Assembly: GCA_018650645.1 (NCBI GenBank)
Contig: JABIFP010000003.1
Span: 1 to 51,186 of the forward strand
Length of the DNA: 51,186 nucleotides
Direction of reading: 5' to 3'
DNA from: Candidatus Magasanikiibacteriota bacterium
Lineage (GTDB): Bacteria; Patescibacteriota; Patescibacteriia; Magasanikbacterales; UBA922
Part shown: piece by piece, positions 19,050-30,519 of the stretch
Layout of the letters: each line of letters starts with the position of its first letter
Numbering within the stretch: the first letter of the stretch is position 1
The notes under the pieces: generated by a model
Told to the model about the DNA's origin: nothing
Seen by the model: the letters and a program-made list of their open reading frames with translations, nothing else
The model's database searches: none
Translations under genes and position numbers: made by a program

Positions 19050-19463
19050 CTAAACTTTCTTAATAAATTTGACTTGCACTGGAAGCTTGTGTCCTGAAAG
19101 GATCAATGCTTCGCGGGCTTTTTCTTCGGTAATCCCTTCAAGTTCGAAGAGGATTGTTCCTGGTTTTACAGTTGCCACATAATGGTCTGGCGCCCCTTTA
19201 CCCTTACCCATCGGCATTTCAGAACCTTTTCTGGTTACCGGACGGTCTGGGAAAATTCGGATCCACATTTTTCCACTTCGACGAATGTATCTTGTGATCA
19301 CACGACGAGCAGCTTCGATTTGTCTAGATGATACCCATGAGTGAGTTTGACTCACAATAGCGTAACTTCCAAAGGCAATCGTGTTAATCCGAGTCGCAAC
19401 TCCTTTATTCATGCGACGTGGCTTATGCCATCTTCTGTGTTTAACTTTTTTTGGTAAAAGCAT
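19050..19463 (-). CDS. rplP: 50S ribosomal protein L16
   Basis: RQIEAARR, WIRIFPD, MGKGKG. Confidence 0.97.
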   Translation of the reverse strand: MLLPKKVKHRRWHKPRRMNKGVATRINTIAFGSYAIVSQTHSWVSSRQIEAARRVITRYIRRSGKMWIRIFPDRPVTRKGSEMPMGKGKGAPDHYVATVKPGTILFELEGITEEKAREALILSGHKLPVQVKFIKKV

Positions 19464-19472
19464 ATGCGTCGA

Positions 19473-20192
19473 CTATTTTCTTGGAGTTCTTGGTCGGCGT
19501 GATGGTCTTCTTCCTTGCGCCTTCTTTGAATCATCCTGTTTAAACTTGTCTTTTGGAGCAAATAGTTCACCTTTGTAAATCCACACTTTAACTCCGATCT
19601 TTCCGTAAATTGTGTGTGCCTCTACAAATCCGTAGTCCACATCACTTCTGATCGTAATCAATGGAACTTTTCCAGCTGAAAGTGTTTCTGTTCGAGCAAT
19701 TTCAGCACCATTCAATCGACCAGATACTTGGATTTTTACTCCTTGTCCCTGTGCGTTCATCACGCGTTCGATTGATTGCTTCATTGTTCGTCTAAATGGA
19801 ATACGTCTTTCAATGTCAGACGCGAGTACTTGTCCAACGATTGACGCAGAAAGTGCAGGTGATGCAACTTCTCTTACGTTAAGTCGTACTTTTTGTTCCA
19901 TTTTTGTGATCTTTCGCTCAATGTGTTTTCGAATCTCATCAAGCCCCTGTCCTTGTCTTCCAATGATGAACCCCGGCTTTCCAGCCAAAATTGTTACTGT
20001 AAGATTTTTTGGACCACGCTCAATACTCATTGAATCGATATGTGCATTTTTGCACTTATGACCAATGTAATTTCGGATAGCAAGATCTTGCAAAGATGCC
20101 TTTGCATAATCATTCTTTTTTGCAAACCACTTTGAATCCCATCCGTAAGTTACGGGTGTGCGGTGAATTTTTGGATGTACTTTGTGACCCAT
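19473..20192 (-). CDS. rpsC: 30S ribosomal protein S3
   Basis: MGHKVHP, SGRLNGAEIAR, YGKIGVKVWI. Confidence 0.97.
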   Translation of the reverse strand: MGHKVHPKIHRTPVTYGWDSKWFAKKNDYAKASLQDLAIRNYIGHKCKNAHIDSMSIERGPKNLTVTILAGKPGFIIGRQGQGLDEIRKHIERKITKMEQKVRLNVREVASPALSASIVGQVLASDIERRIPFRRTMKQSIERVMNAQGQGVKIQVSGRLNGAEIARTETLSAGKVPLITIRSDVDYGFVEAHTIYGKIGVKVWIYKGELFAPKDKFKQDDSKKAQGRRPSRRPRTPRK

Positions 20193-20239
20193 AGGATTAT
20201 TCTTCTAGTACAAATGAATTCATGACTTAGATAAGAGCT

Positions 20240-20695
20240 TTATGCTTCTTCTTTCTTTGGTTCTTCTTTCTTCACATCTTTCTTAGATGCTTTTTCGGCC
20301 TTTTTTGCTGCCTTCTCTTTTTTGTCTGCAGCGTCTTCTTTTTTCTTTAGTATTCCTTTGTCAACCGCTCCTTCTAAGACAATCGTTACATGAGAACTTC
20401 TCTTTTTCAATCCCGATGCTCTACCGAACGCTCTTGGCATCCATCTTTTAAGCGTAACACCTTGATCTACGAACGCTTCACTAATCTTTAAATTCTCTAT
20501 GTCCATGCTGTGATTATGTACAGCGTTGGCCATTGCAGATTCAATAAGTTTCTTTACTGGCAATGCAGCGTGCTTTTTTGAAAACTGAAGCTGGAGTACA
20601 GCTTCTTGCACCTTCATACCACGAACAAGATCAACCAAAAGTCGAACCTTTCTAGGTGAGATGCGGAGATTTCTGAGTACAGCTTTTGTTTTCAT
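20240..20695 (-). CDS. rplV: 50S ribosomal protein L22 with charged C-terminal tail
   Basis: RISPRKVRL, SAMANA, PRAFGRA..KRSSH. Confidence 0.97.
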   Translation of the reverse strand: MKTKAVLRNLRISPRKVRLLVDLVRGMKVQEAVLQLQFSKKHAALPVKKLIESAMANAVHNHSMDIENLKISEAFVDQGVTLKRWMPRAFGRASGLKKRSSHVTIVLEGAVDKGILKKKEDAADKKEKAAKKAEKASKKDVKKEEPKKEEA

Positions 20696-20717
20696 ATATT
20701 CTAATCAGTGTTGCTAT

Positions 20718-20993
20718 TTATTTCCCTTTCGCGAGTCGACCTCCATGAGAGACAAACTTACGAGTAAGTGCAAATTCACCAAGCTTGTGTCCAACCATAT
20801 TCTCGTCAACCAAAAGCTCTGTAAATGTGCGTCCGTTATGAATCATAAATTTCATTCCCACCATCTCTGGTGTAATGGTTGAGCTTCGTGCCCAGGTTTT
20901 GATGGCCTTTTTGTCTCCGCTGTCCTTTGCTTTCTGAATCTTCTTCATAAGCGTTGGATCAACGAATGGCCCTTTTTTCAAACTTCGTGACAT
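20718..20993 (-). CDS. rpsS: 30S ribosomal protein S19
   Basis: [22 protein letters not shown]. Confidence 0.98.
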   Translation of the reverse strand: MSRSLKKGPFVDPTLMKKIQKAKDSGDKKAIKTWARSSTITPEMVGMKFMIHNGRTFTELLVDENMVGHKLGEFALTRKFVSHGGRLAKGK

Positions 20994-21018
20994 ACAATTA
21001 TGTATATTCTGGGTAATA

Positions 21019-21864
21019 TTATTTCTTTTTCTTCTTTCTTCTTTGAACGATGAACTTGTTGGTTCCCTTTTTCTTCTTTCTTGTCTTTACACCAAGTGCT
21101 TTCTTTCCCCAAGGTGTTTTTGGACCACCTTTGTGTCCTACAGGTGAATGTCCTTCACCACCACCATGCGGATGATCAACTGGGTTCATGTTCTTACCCT
21201 TCACTGTTGGTCTCCAACCCATGTGGCGTTTTCGTCCAGCTTTTCCGAGTCTTACGAGTCGGTAATCGGGATTTCCTACGCGTCCTACGGTTGCGTGGCA
21301 CCCTCTCATGACCAATCGCATTTCTCCTGATGGAAGTTTTACTTGCGCATACTTTCCTTCAATCGCTTGCAATTGTGCCGCGAGTCCAGCTCCACGTACC
21401 ATCTGTCCACCTTTTCCCGGTTCAAACTCGATGTTGTAGATAAACATTCCTTGTGGAATGTGTTCTACTGGCATACGAGCTCCAGGAACAGCTTCTACCT
21501 TTGCCTCTGAAGACACAATTTTGTCTCCAACCTGTGCGCCGGCATATCCGAGGATATACGCTTTTGATCCATCTTCGTATCGCACAAGAAGGATTCTTGG
21601 TCCACGATTCGGATCGTACTCAACAGCCATTACTTCACCAGTCACATCATAGTTTCGGCGTGAGAAGTCAACCATTCGGTATAGACGTTTCACCCCACCA
21701 CCTCTGTGACGAACGGTAATTCTACCAGTGTTGTTACGACCTGCATGAGATTTAAGTCTCTTTACAAGTGTACGTTCTGGTTTTTTCTTTGTAATATCTG
21801 AAAAATCTTGGACACTTGCCTTTCTTCTTCCGGGGGTAGTTGGTTTGTAGACTTTTACTGGCAT
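21019..21864 (-). CDS. rplB: 50S ribosomal protein L2
   Basis: [35 protein letters not shown]. Confidence 0.98.
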   Translation of the reverse strand: MPVKVYKPTTPGRRKASVQDFSDITKKKPERTLVKRLKSHAGRNNTGRITVRHRGGGVKRLYRMVDFSRRNYDVTGEVMAVEYDPNRGPRILLVRYEDGSKAYILGYAGAQVGDKIVSSEAKVEAVPGARMPVEHIPQGMFIYNIEFEPGKGGQMVRGAGLAAQLQAIEGKYAQVKLPSGEMRLVMRGCHATVGRVGNPDYRLVRLGKAGRKRHMGWRPTVKGKNMNPVDHPHGGGEGHSPVGHKGGPKTPWGKKALGVKTRKKKKGTNKFIVQRRKKKKK

Positions 21865-21875
21865 ATAATATCAGC

Positions 21876-22238
21876 TTAGACACCTTCATGGATACTGATC
21901 GTCTGGCCTTTTGGCATGATGACGATAGCTTTTTTAGTTGCACTTCTTCGTCCAGTTCTACGACCGAAACGGACAACTTTTCCATCAGTGTGGATGATGT
22001 TTACTTTTGCAGGCATTTTACCGTAGAGTGCATGTACTGCATTTTTCACATCGATTTTTGTAGCGTCTCTTGTTACCTTAAATGTGTATTGGCCCATTGC
22101 TTCTTGCTTTGACATTTTTTCGCTAAGCATTGGACGAATAAGTACTCTTTTTGCCATTGCAGCAGAAGATTGTACTGCTTTTTTTTCAGTTTTTGGCGCT
22201 TCCGCTTCAACTTTTTTGTCTTTTTTCAAAATTGCCAT
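21876..22238 (-). CDS. rplW: 50S ribosomal protein L23
   Basis: RPMLSEK, YTFKV..ATKIDVK, KKAIV. Confidence 0.95.
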   Translation of the reverse strand: MAILKKDKKVEAEAPKTEKKAVQSSAAMAKRVLIRPMLSEKMSKQEAMGQYTFKVTRDATKIDVKNAVHALYGKMPAKVNIIHTDGKVVRFGRRTGRRSATKKAIVIMPKGQTISIHEGV

Positions 22239-22243
22239 ACTGA

Positions 22244-22870
22244 TTATTTGTTAAATCTTGCCTCAAGAGCTTGTACTGCTTCTTTTGAAGCAATAACAAA
22301 CTGATGATGAAGTAAATCAACAACGTTTACATCTTCAGCTCGTTGCATGTCAACTCTTTGCATGTTTCGAGTTGCTAATGCAAGTTTTTCATCTTTACCA
22401 GCGACTAGTACTAATGTTGTCTTTCCAACTCCTGGCATAACTGATCGGAGTGTTGCGAACGTTTTAGTCTTTGCGTCTTCAGGCATTTGTTCTACCACCA
22501 TCAGGGTGTCAGAGCTTACCTTGTCTGAAAGACACATAGTAACCGCTTTCTTGTTCATCTTTCTGTTTACTTTTTGTACAAAATTTCTATCGTTTCTTGG
22601 ACCAAAAGTTACCCCACCACCTTTCCAGATTGGTGAACGTGTAGAACCGTGACGAGCACGACCTGTTCCTTTTTGCTTCCAAGGTTTTCTACCACCACCA
22701 CGAACTTCACCTTTTGTCTTTGTGTGAGCCCATGGCTGACGTGCATTTGCTTCAAGAGCAAGATACACTTGGTGAACCAATGTTTTGTTTGGAGCAACTG
22801 CAAATACTTCATCAGCAGCGTCAAGCTCACCTGACTTTGTTCCTTGATTGTTATATACAGGAAGTTTCAT
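22244..22870 (-). CDS. rplD: 50S ribosomal protein L4
   Basis: GGGRKPWKQKGTGRARHGS.RSPIWKGGG..FGP. Confidence 0.97.
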   Translation of the reverse strand: MKLPVYNNQGTKSGELDAADEVFAVAPNKTLVHQVYLALEANARQPWAHTKTKGEVRGGGRKPWKQKGTGRARHGSTRSPIWKGGGVTFGPRNDRNFVQKVNRKMNKKAVTMCLSDKVSSDTLMVVEQMPEDAKTKTFATLRSVMPGVGKTTLVLVAGKDEKLALATRNMQRVDMQRAEDVNVVDLLHHQFVIASKEAVQALEARFNK

Positions 22871-22876
22871 ATGCAA

Positions 22877-23668
22877 CTATTTAGCTGATTCCTCAGTTGC
22901 TGCTACCGGAACTTCCGCTTCAGCTGGTGAATCTTCTTTTGGTGCTTCTTCAACTGTTTCAGGAGTTGCTGGAGCTTCTTCTGCTTCTGCTTTTGGAGCA
23001 GCTTTTTCTTTTGCAGGTTCAGCTTTTGCTTCTCTTACTGGTTCGATTTTCCCTTCACTTGTCTTGATGATGAGTAGTCCACCGCGAGCACCAGGAATGG
23101 CACCTTTGATAAGCAATTCACCGTTTTCAAGATCAATGTCAAGAATTTCGAGATTTTTTACTGTTACGCGATCAACACCCATGTGTCCACCCATCTTTGT
23201 ACCTTTAAATACACGAGCTGGACCTGTGGCTCCAATAGAACCTGGCATTCTGTGCTGATCTTTGTGTCCATGAGTTTTTGGTGATCCTTTAAAGTTCCAG
23301 CGTTTTACAACACCTTGAAACCCTTTACCTTTTGATGTTCCTACTACTTCTACTTTTTCACCTTTTTCAAAGATGTTTGCAGTGAATGTATCACCTCTTT
23401 CAAGACCATGGTCATCGCTTTTTGTTGCGATGTCACGCATAACCTTTACCGCTTTAAGACCTTGTAGATGTCCTTGTTGCGCTTTTCTTAGGCGAAACTG
23501 CTTTTGATCTCCAAATCCGATTTGAACTGCACTTACGTTATCACGTTCAGCAGTTTTAACTTGTGTTACTACACATGGGCCAGCCTTAACACGAGTAACG
23601 GGCACTACACTGCCGTCCTCACGAAATACTTGCGTCATGTTGAGTTTTGTTCCAAGAATGAACTTCAT
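22877..23668 (-). CDS. rplC: 50S ribosomal protein L3 with acidic C-terminal extension
   Basis: KLNMTQVF, SKGKGFQGVVKR, PGSIG..PARVFKG. Confidence 0.97.
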   Translation of the reverse strand: MKFILGTKLNMTQVFREDGSVVPVTRVKAGPCVVTQVKTAERDNVSAVQIGFGDQKQFRLRKAQQGHLQGLKAVKVMRDIATKSDDHGLERGDTFTANIFEKGEKVEVVGTSKGKGFQGVVKRWNFKGSPKTHGHKDQHRMPGSIGATGPARVFKGTKMGGHMGVDRVTVKNLEILDIDLENGELLIKGAIPGARGGLLIIKTSEGKIEPVREAKAEPAKEKAAPKAEAEEAPATPETVEEAPKEDSPAEAEVPVAATEESAK

Positions 23669-23900
23669 ACCTTTATCAATTAGGCCAGAGGACCTTCATC
23701 CATCTAAAAAACTAGAAGCAGTGCCCCCAAACAACTTGCTTAGGACATACTTCTAGCTTTCTACTTAAGAAAACGTTGTGACAGGGTTATTTTAATCGAA
23801 CAGATCTCCATACCTACTTTTTGCGGGGTAGATGTTTTTCTCTTGCGAACAAGGAATCTTATCTACACTACGAGAGTAAGCGATTTTTTGATGTGGCCAT

Positions 23901-23929
23901 AGTGTACATCTTATGTGATGCACTGTCAA
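23901..23929 (-). promoter_or_regulatory. Internal sigma70 promoter upstream of rplC
   Basis: TTGACA-17nt-TACACT. Confidence 0.75.
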
Positions 23930-23976
23930 GCCACTTATGTGGGTACTTTTGTAAGGGACTTCCGAATGAGCTATTC

Positions 23977-24017
23977 AGCGCTCGTCTCCCCTCTCCTTCA
24001 GCGGGGAGATGAGCGCT
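23977..24017 (-). terminator. Strong GC hairpin after rpsJ
   Basis: agcgctcgtctcccc..ggggagatgagcgct; no clear U-tract. Confidence 0.55.
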
Positions 24018-24031
24018 AAAACGCATCATCT

Positions 24032-24376
24032 TTACATCATTTTGATCTCTAGATCCACACCACTTGGTAAGTTCAAGTTCATGAGCGCATCTACAGCCTT
24101 TGGTGTTGGGCTGAGAATATCAATGAGTCTCTTGTGAGTTCTCATTTCGTACTGCTCTTGAGCTGTTTTATGAACAAATGTTGATCTGTTCACAGAAAAC
24201 TTATTGATTGTGGTAGGAAGTGGTACTGGACCAACAACCGTTGCACCATTGCGTTCAGCAGTTTCAACAATTGTTTTTACCGCAGCGTCGATGATTTTAT
24301 TGTCGTAAGCACGCACTTTGATACGTACTCGTGGACCTTCTTGTTTTTTTTCTTCTTGTTTTTCTTCTTTTGGCAT
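24032..24376 (-). CDS. rpsJ: 30S ribosomal protein S10
   Basis: [26 protein letters not shown]. Confidence 0.97.
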   Translation of the reverse strand: MPKEEKQEEKKQEGPRVRIKVRAYDNKIIDAAVKTIVETAERNGATVVGPVPLPTTINKFSVNRSTFVHKTAQEQYEMRTHKRLIDILSPTPKAVDALMNLNLPSGVDLEIKMM

Positions 24377-24445
24377 AAATGCGTCGATAAAAGAGCGAAT
24401 TGAATCACCAAGAGGGGCAACTATGTGCCCCTCTATGAGTGAATC

Positions 24446-25639
24446 TTACTTGACGATTTTTGTTACTACCCCAGCACCTACAGTTCGACCACCTTCACGG
24501 ATCGCGAATCGCATTTCATCTTCCAAAGCAACTGGAACGATGAGCTTGATAGTTAGGTTAATTGTGTCACCTGGCATTACCATTTCAGTTCCTTCAGGAA
24601 GTACACATTCACCAGTTACATCAGTTGTACGGATGTAAAATTGTGGTTTGTATCCCTTGAAGAACGGTTTGTGACGTCCACCTTCTTCTTTTGTCAAAGC
24701 GTATACTTTCGCTTCAAATTCAGTATGTGGAGTAATTGTTCCTGGTTTAGAAAGAACTTGTCCACGTTGAATGTCTTCTTTTTTCACACCACGAAGGAGG
24801 ATACCAGCATTATCACCAGCTTCACCTTGTTGGAGTGATTTGTTAAACATTTCAACACCTGTAACAGTTGTTTTTGAAACTTCCTCTCCCATTCCTACAA
24901 TTGCAATTTCTTCACCAACTTTTACAACACCACGGTCGATTCGACCAGTAACTACTGTTCCACGTCCTTCAATTGAAAATACATCTTCAATTGGCATCAA
25001 GAAGTCTTTATCAAGAGCTCTTTCTGGAGTTGGAATGTAATCATCCAAAACTTTAAGAAGATCCAAGATTGGCTTTGAAGCCGCTTCATCTGAAGGATTT
25101 TCAACAGCTTTAAGAGCACTACCACGAATAATTGGAGTAGTATCTCCTGGGAATTCGTATTTGTTCAAAAGATCTTTAATTTCTTCTTCTACAAGGTCAA
25201 TAAGTTCTGGATCAGTAACTTGATCGATCTTGTTCAAGAATACCACGATGTAAGGTACACCTACTTGACGAGCAAGCAAGATGTGTTCTCTTGTTTGTGG
25301 CATTGGACCGTCTGCAGCTGAAACGACGAGGATTGCTCCATCCATTTGTGCAGCACCGGTAATCATGTTCTTTACGTAATCAGCATGACCTGGACAGTCA
25401 ACGTGAGCGTAATGACGTGCTTCAGTTTCATATTCCACATGAGCAGTCGCGATGGTAATACCACGTGACTTTTCTTCTGGAGCAGAGTCGATTTCATCGA
25501 CATTCTTAGTTTGAGCAGTCAAACCATGTGCAGCAGCAACTTTTAAGATAGCTGCTGTAGTGGTTGTCTTACCATGGTCAACGTGACCGATAGTACCGAC
25601 ATTCACATGCGGTTTATTTCTTTGAAATTCCTCAGCCAT
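24446..25639 (-). CDS. tuf: Elongation factor Tu
   Basis: [37 protein letters not shown]; start MAEEF at 25639. Confidence 0.99.
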   Translation of the reverse strand: MAEEFQRNKPHVNVGTIGHVDHGKTTTTAAILKVAAAHGLTAQTKNVDEIDSAPEEKSRGITIATAHVEYETEARHYAHVDCPGHADYVKNMITGAAQMDGAILVVSAADGPMPQTREHILLARQVGVPYIVVFLNKIDQVTDPELIDLVEEEIKDLLNKYEFPGDTTPIIRGSALKAVENPSDEAASKPILDLLKVLDDYIPTPERALDKDFLMPIEDVFSIEGRGTVVTGRIDRGVVKVGEEIAIVGMGEEVSKTTVTGVEMFNKSLQQGEAGDNAGILLRGVKKEDIQRGQVLSKPGTITPHTEFEAKVYALTKEEGGRHKPFFKGYKPQFYIRTTDVTGECVLPEGTEMVMPGDTINLTIKLIVPVALEDEMRFAIREGGRTVGAGVVTKIVK

Positions 25640-25828
25640 ACGGCAAATTCGTTCCCCGCACTGCACTCGAGTGGTCGAAGCAGTTTTGTAATCCAGCGGT
25701 GTACATGGGTCTCCCCATGCATGTTTGTAAATAGATATAAAATATGCCTTTTTAGGGCGACGGGATTATACCTAAATTTAAAAGCCTCGTCAAGTTCCGA
25801 GGCCCTTATATGGGGATAGCATTGAGTA

Positions 25829-26431
25829 CTAAATAGGTTCATCAAGAAAAACATGTGGCTGAACGTCATCGAGCCGTCTCTCTGGAGCCGTAAATTCATA
25901 TGCTTTTCCCTCTTGTGTAGCCTTTTTTGGAACATTTCTATATGCTTTTTTTGTCATCTCCCATCTAAGCGGCATTGATGGAATTGGCGTTTCATACAGA
26001 TACTCTTCGTCAGAAGATTCCGCCTCAACCTCTACTGATTCATTCGGAACTACCTCAAGGCCCGGTTCTTGTTTTATAGCTGCATCGGCTGCAAGTCGTT
26101 CCTCTTCTTCATGTTCTTCCTGCATTTGTTCTGAAATTTCTTTATATTCAGCCCGAATCCTGTCTTCTCTCCAGCTACAAATATCTCTATTTGCATCTTC
26201 TACAAAGATTTCTGGCGTAAATGCCTGTGGCTCTTCCATAATAACAGCTGCCTCTTCCACTTCTTCATGCATGCAGCACATATCATCTCCTCCATAAGCC
26301 AGTTCTATCAGATATTCGTACTCATCAAGCGAGAGCATCACAACATCTCCCTCCCCTTCTTCAGAGAGAAGGACAAGTTTGTCGCCTGTCTGATTGACGA
26401 TTTTTTTGAGTTGTTTTAATCTATCACTCAT
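25829..26431 (-). CDS. Acidic hypothetical protein
   Basis: 200 aa, Glu-rich; upstream promoter TTGACG(26480-26475)-17nt-TATAAT(26457-26452). Confidence 0.75.
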   Translation of the reverse strand: MSDRLKQLKKIVNQTGDKLVLLSEEGEGDVVMLSLDEYEYLIELAYGGDDMCCMHEEVEEAAVIMEEPQAFTPEIFVEDANRDICSWREDRIRAEYKEISEQMQEEHEEEERLAADAAIKQEPGLEVVPNESVEVEAESSDEEYLYETPIPSMPLRWEMTKKAYRNVPKKATQEGKAYEFTAPERRLDDVQPHVFLDEPI

Positions 26432-26572
26432 AAGAAAATAGGAATATATCGATTATATCGAGGGTTTCTCTACTCGTCAAGTCAAGTATCCCCTATACAT
26501 TTTTATAATAGAAAAGCCCGACCGAAGTCGAGCTCTACCCCTTCTCCGCGCGATTGCGCGAAGCCCACACCA

Positions 26573-26956
26573 TCAGCGATGGCAGAACATGGCCCCCTGG
26601 TGGGTCTCATGCGTTGATCGTCGAATCGCGCTGGGCCCAGGATCAGGCCTGCTGAGATCCTTGCGGCAGATTATGCCTGGCTGCACGAGGAGAATGCAAA
26701 TCCCTTCTTCAGGACAGACAATCTCACCGAGCCCCTTAGGAGCCCCAGGCACTCCTTCAGCCCTCAGATGTCTGAAGGAAAAACGCCAGTTCGTAGCGTA
26801 GATGTGGCAACGAGTGCTCCACTTCTGATCCAGATTTTCATCCAGACAGACGGCACGAACCGCGAGCGGAGTACCCGGCTCCTTCAGCTTCTTAGTCATA
26901 GGCGTGGAGACTCCCCCACAGCCGATCACTAGCAGACACAGCATGAGGCAGCGCAT
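26573..26956 (-). CDS. GC-rich orphan lipoprotein-like protein with multiple Cys
   Basis: AAGGAGG SD before MRCLMLCLLVIGC (lipobox-like); promoter TTGACA(27032-27027)-17nt-TAAGTT. Confidence 0.65.
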   Translation of the reverse strand: MRCLMLCLLVIGCGGVSTPMTKKLKEPGTPLAVRAVCLDENLDQKWSTRCHIYATNWRFSFRHLRAEGVPGAPKGLGEIVCPEEGICILLVQPGIICRKDLSRPDPGPSAIRRSTHETHQGAMFCHR

Positions 26957-27090
26957 AGCGTACCTCCTTTTGGTATGACCCCACTCAAGGTGGGGAATAA
27001 ATGAACTTACCATACTTAGGCACGCTTGTCAAGAGACAAGGCTAGACCTAATGAAAAAATTGGAAAACTCAGTTTTTATTGATAAATAAC

Positions 27091-27120
27091 AAAAAACACC
27101 CACCTATGGTGAGTGTTTTT
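27091..27120 (-). terminator. Terminator ending the 16S-only transcript
   Basis: aaaaaacacccacc-tat-ggtgagtgttttt. Confidence 0.7.
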
Positions 27121-27260
27121 CGATTCGCTACCAATTAGCTTTGCAAAGTTGCAAGAAGTCCACATGTTACACGTGACAAAGATGAACGTCTAATCGATCC
27201 CTGCATATCGAGATATGCAAGTCGACAGAGTCACTTCCTGGTTTCCCAGGAGCATTCTCC

Positions 27261-28766
<1,506 letters not shown>

Positions 28767-29142
28767 AACTGTCTCACGACAGTGTTGAAAGTTATAATCT
28801 TTTCTCTTGGAAAAGAGAAAAGGCTAAGTTCTTTGTTGGTTTGTTGTTTGTTTGTTTTGTTTGAATAGACGTTCGTTTCCTTGTCACATGTAATATGTGA
28901 ACAATGTTTTGAACTTCACCTTACAATTTTTGCAAAATTGTAATTGGTTGCGAATTGTAATGAGCAATCTTTTTTCACCGAGCCGTGTTTCAATCCAGCT
29001 TGGAGTAAAGAAAAAAGAGAAACTGTTTCATGAGCTCGAATTGTTTCCAGCTCATGATGTCGTTACTCTTTTTTTCCCAGTCCCTTGATTCAAGGCTTAG
29101 GAAAATTATTTGTTGTCAATGTCGTCAATTGATTGCTCGCAT

Positions 29143-29171
29143 ATTATATAGAGGCTTCGGTAAAGTGTCAA
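29143..29171 (-). promoter_or_regulatory. 16S rRNA promoter (perfect consensus)
   Basis: TTGACA-17nt-TATAAT. Confidence 0.85.
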
Positions 29172-29181
29172 GCATAGAGTC

Positions 29182-29199
29182 TGGGGATAATGGGGATAA
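29182..29199. promoter_or_regulatory. Two tandem DnaA-box-like 9-mers
   Basis: tggggataa twice = TTATCCCCA, one mismatch from TTATCCACA. Confidence 0.45.
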
Positions 29200-29239
29200 G
29201 TTGATTATATATAGGCTTACATCTACTTACGCTTATTAT

Positions 29240-29794
29240 CTATATCTTGCCAGCACCTTCTAAATCCAAAATGTATGAGGAAATATATGGCCTATAGGCT
29301 TCCTTCAATGAAGGTAAAAGTGCCTGATAACTGCCTAATTTACCCTTACAAGATGAAGCGCCACAGGCACATCTCAAATCTTTTTCAGTTTGCAGCAACA
29401 GTGATGAGTCATACCTCACGATAATCATTGCATAATCAATGGTAAGGTGCTCTCCCTTTTGAATATCACGCATGGCGACAACAACGGTACGACCCTTGAT
29501 TCCAGTATTTGGTTCACATGAATGATTCATATTTGAAAAAGGTGGCAAAGGGTCCACAAACAACCAGACATCTTCTCCATCCCAATAGATTGGAATGGTA
29601 TAAATTGACGGAACCGATACAGTAGCACCAGCCAATACGTATATCGATTCTCCTTTTTTTATATTTCTTTTTGCAAAAATACCCTTTCCTATATTTGCAC
29701 TTACTTCCTTTGTCTCAATATTTTTTTCTATATCAAAAAATGAAAATGAGCACTCTTTACTCGATAAATCTATTTGATTATCAGATACAAACAT
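29240..29794 (-). CDS. SET-domain methyltransferase with post-SET zinc site
   Basis: GKGIFAKRNIKKGE, NHSCEPN, AMRDIQKGEHLTIDY, CACGASSCKG. Confidence 0.92.
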   Translation of the reverse strand: MFVSDNQIDLSSKECSFSFFDIEKNIETKEVSANIGKGIFAKRNIKKGESIYVLAGATVSVPSIYTIPIYWDGEDVWLFVDPLPPFSNMNHSCEPNTGIKGRTVVVAMRDIQKGEHLTIDYAMIIVRYDSSLLLQTEKDLRCACGASSCKGKLGSYQALLPSLKEAYRPYISSYILDLEGAGKI

Positions 29795-29802
29795 ATGCTG
29801 TT

Positions 29803-30501
29803 TTAACGCAAATCAATTAAACGCTGCGTAGAAAGATTATATTGATGATGCTGATATTTATTCTTTGGGTTATCTAATCCAAGTAAATTATGAGCATAAA
29901 GATATCGTTCGCTTTCTAGTGGCTCCCCTGGATAGCAATTAAGTACCCACTGTTCATGATGATTGATATACGCATTAGGCAAAGACACTACTCCCTTTGC
30001 CAATAAATACAATACGGTGATTTCCTCCAAAAAGAAGTCAGCTTGCCCCTGTGTCAACCTTCTTTCCTGGGCATCTCTTTTTATAGCACGCCTAAATGAA
30101 TCATCTTTTTTGTATATTTCTTTTATCTTCTGCAAATATAACCCGAGATCTCGAAATTCTAATAGCAACTGCGCCCAAGTGAAAAAAGAAAATGATGGAA
30201 TAATCCATGCTGGATTTTTTTCAAGAAGCTTAAGCATACCGTTTTTATGAGAACTCATTTGGTTTACGTATGTATTTCTAAGTTTTCGTGCTGAAAGTGT
30301 TGCCGTATGCATATACAAATAATCTGCATACAAAAATGATAAACCAATACCTTCGGTTCTTTGAATCTTTTCACAAAGCTGCTCAATATGTTTCATGCAT
30401 GATGCTGCAGACTGAGCATTATCAATCCTCGCCATCGAAATGCCAAACAAAATCATGCCTTTTGACTTGGGCAATTGATTGATATCAAAGGAGTCATCCA
30501 T
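29803..30501 (-). CDS. Cyclodipeptide synthase (tRNA-dependent), XYP subfamily
   Basis: 232 aa; LFGISM (catalytic Ser), FLYADYLY, FFTW, FFLEEI (catalytic Glu), NCYPG (YP); motif order matches CDPS. Confidence 0.8.
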   Translation of the reverse strand: MDDSFDINQLPKSKGMILFGISMARIDNAQSAASCMKHIEQLCEKIQRTEGIGLSFLYADYLYMHTATLSARKLRNTYVNQMSSHKNGMLKLLEKNPAWIIPSFSFFTWAQLLLEFRDLGLYLQKIKEIYKKDDSFRRAIKRDAQERRLTQGQADFFLEEITVLYLLAKGVVSLPNAYINHHEQWVLNCYPGEPLESERYLYAHNLLGLDNPKNKYQHHQYNLSTQRLIDLR

Positions 30502-30519
30502 ACATGAAAATTACTTACT

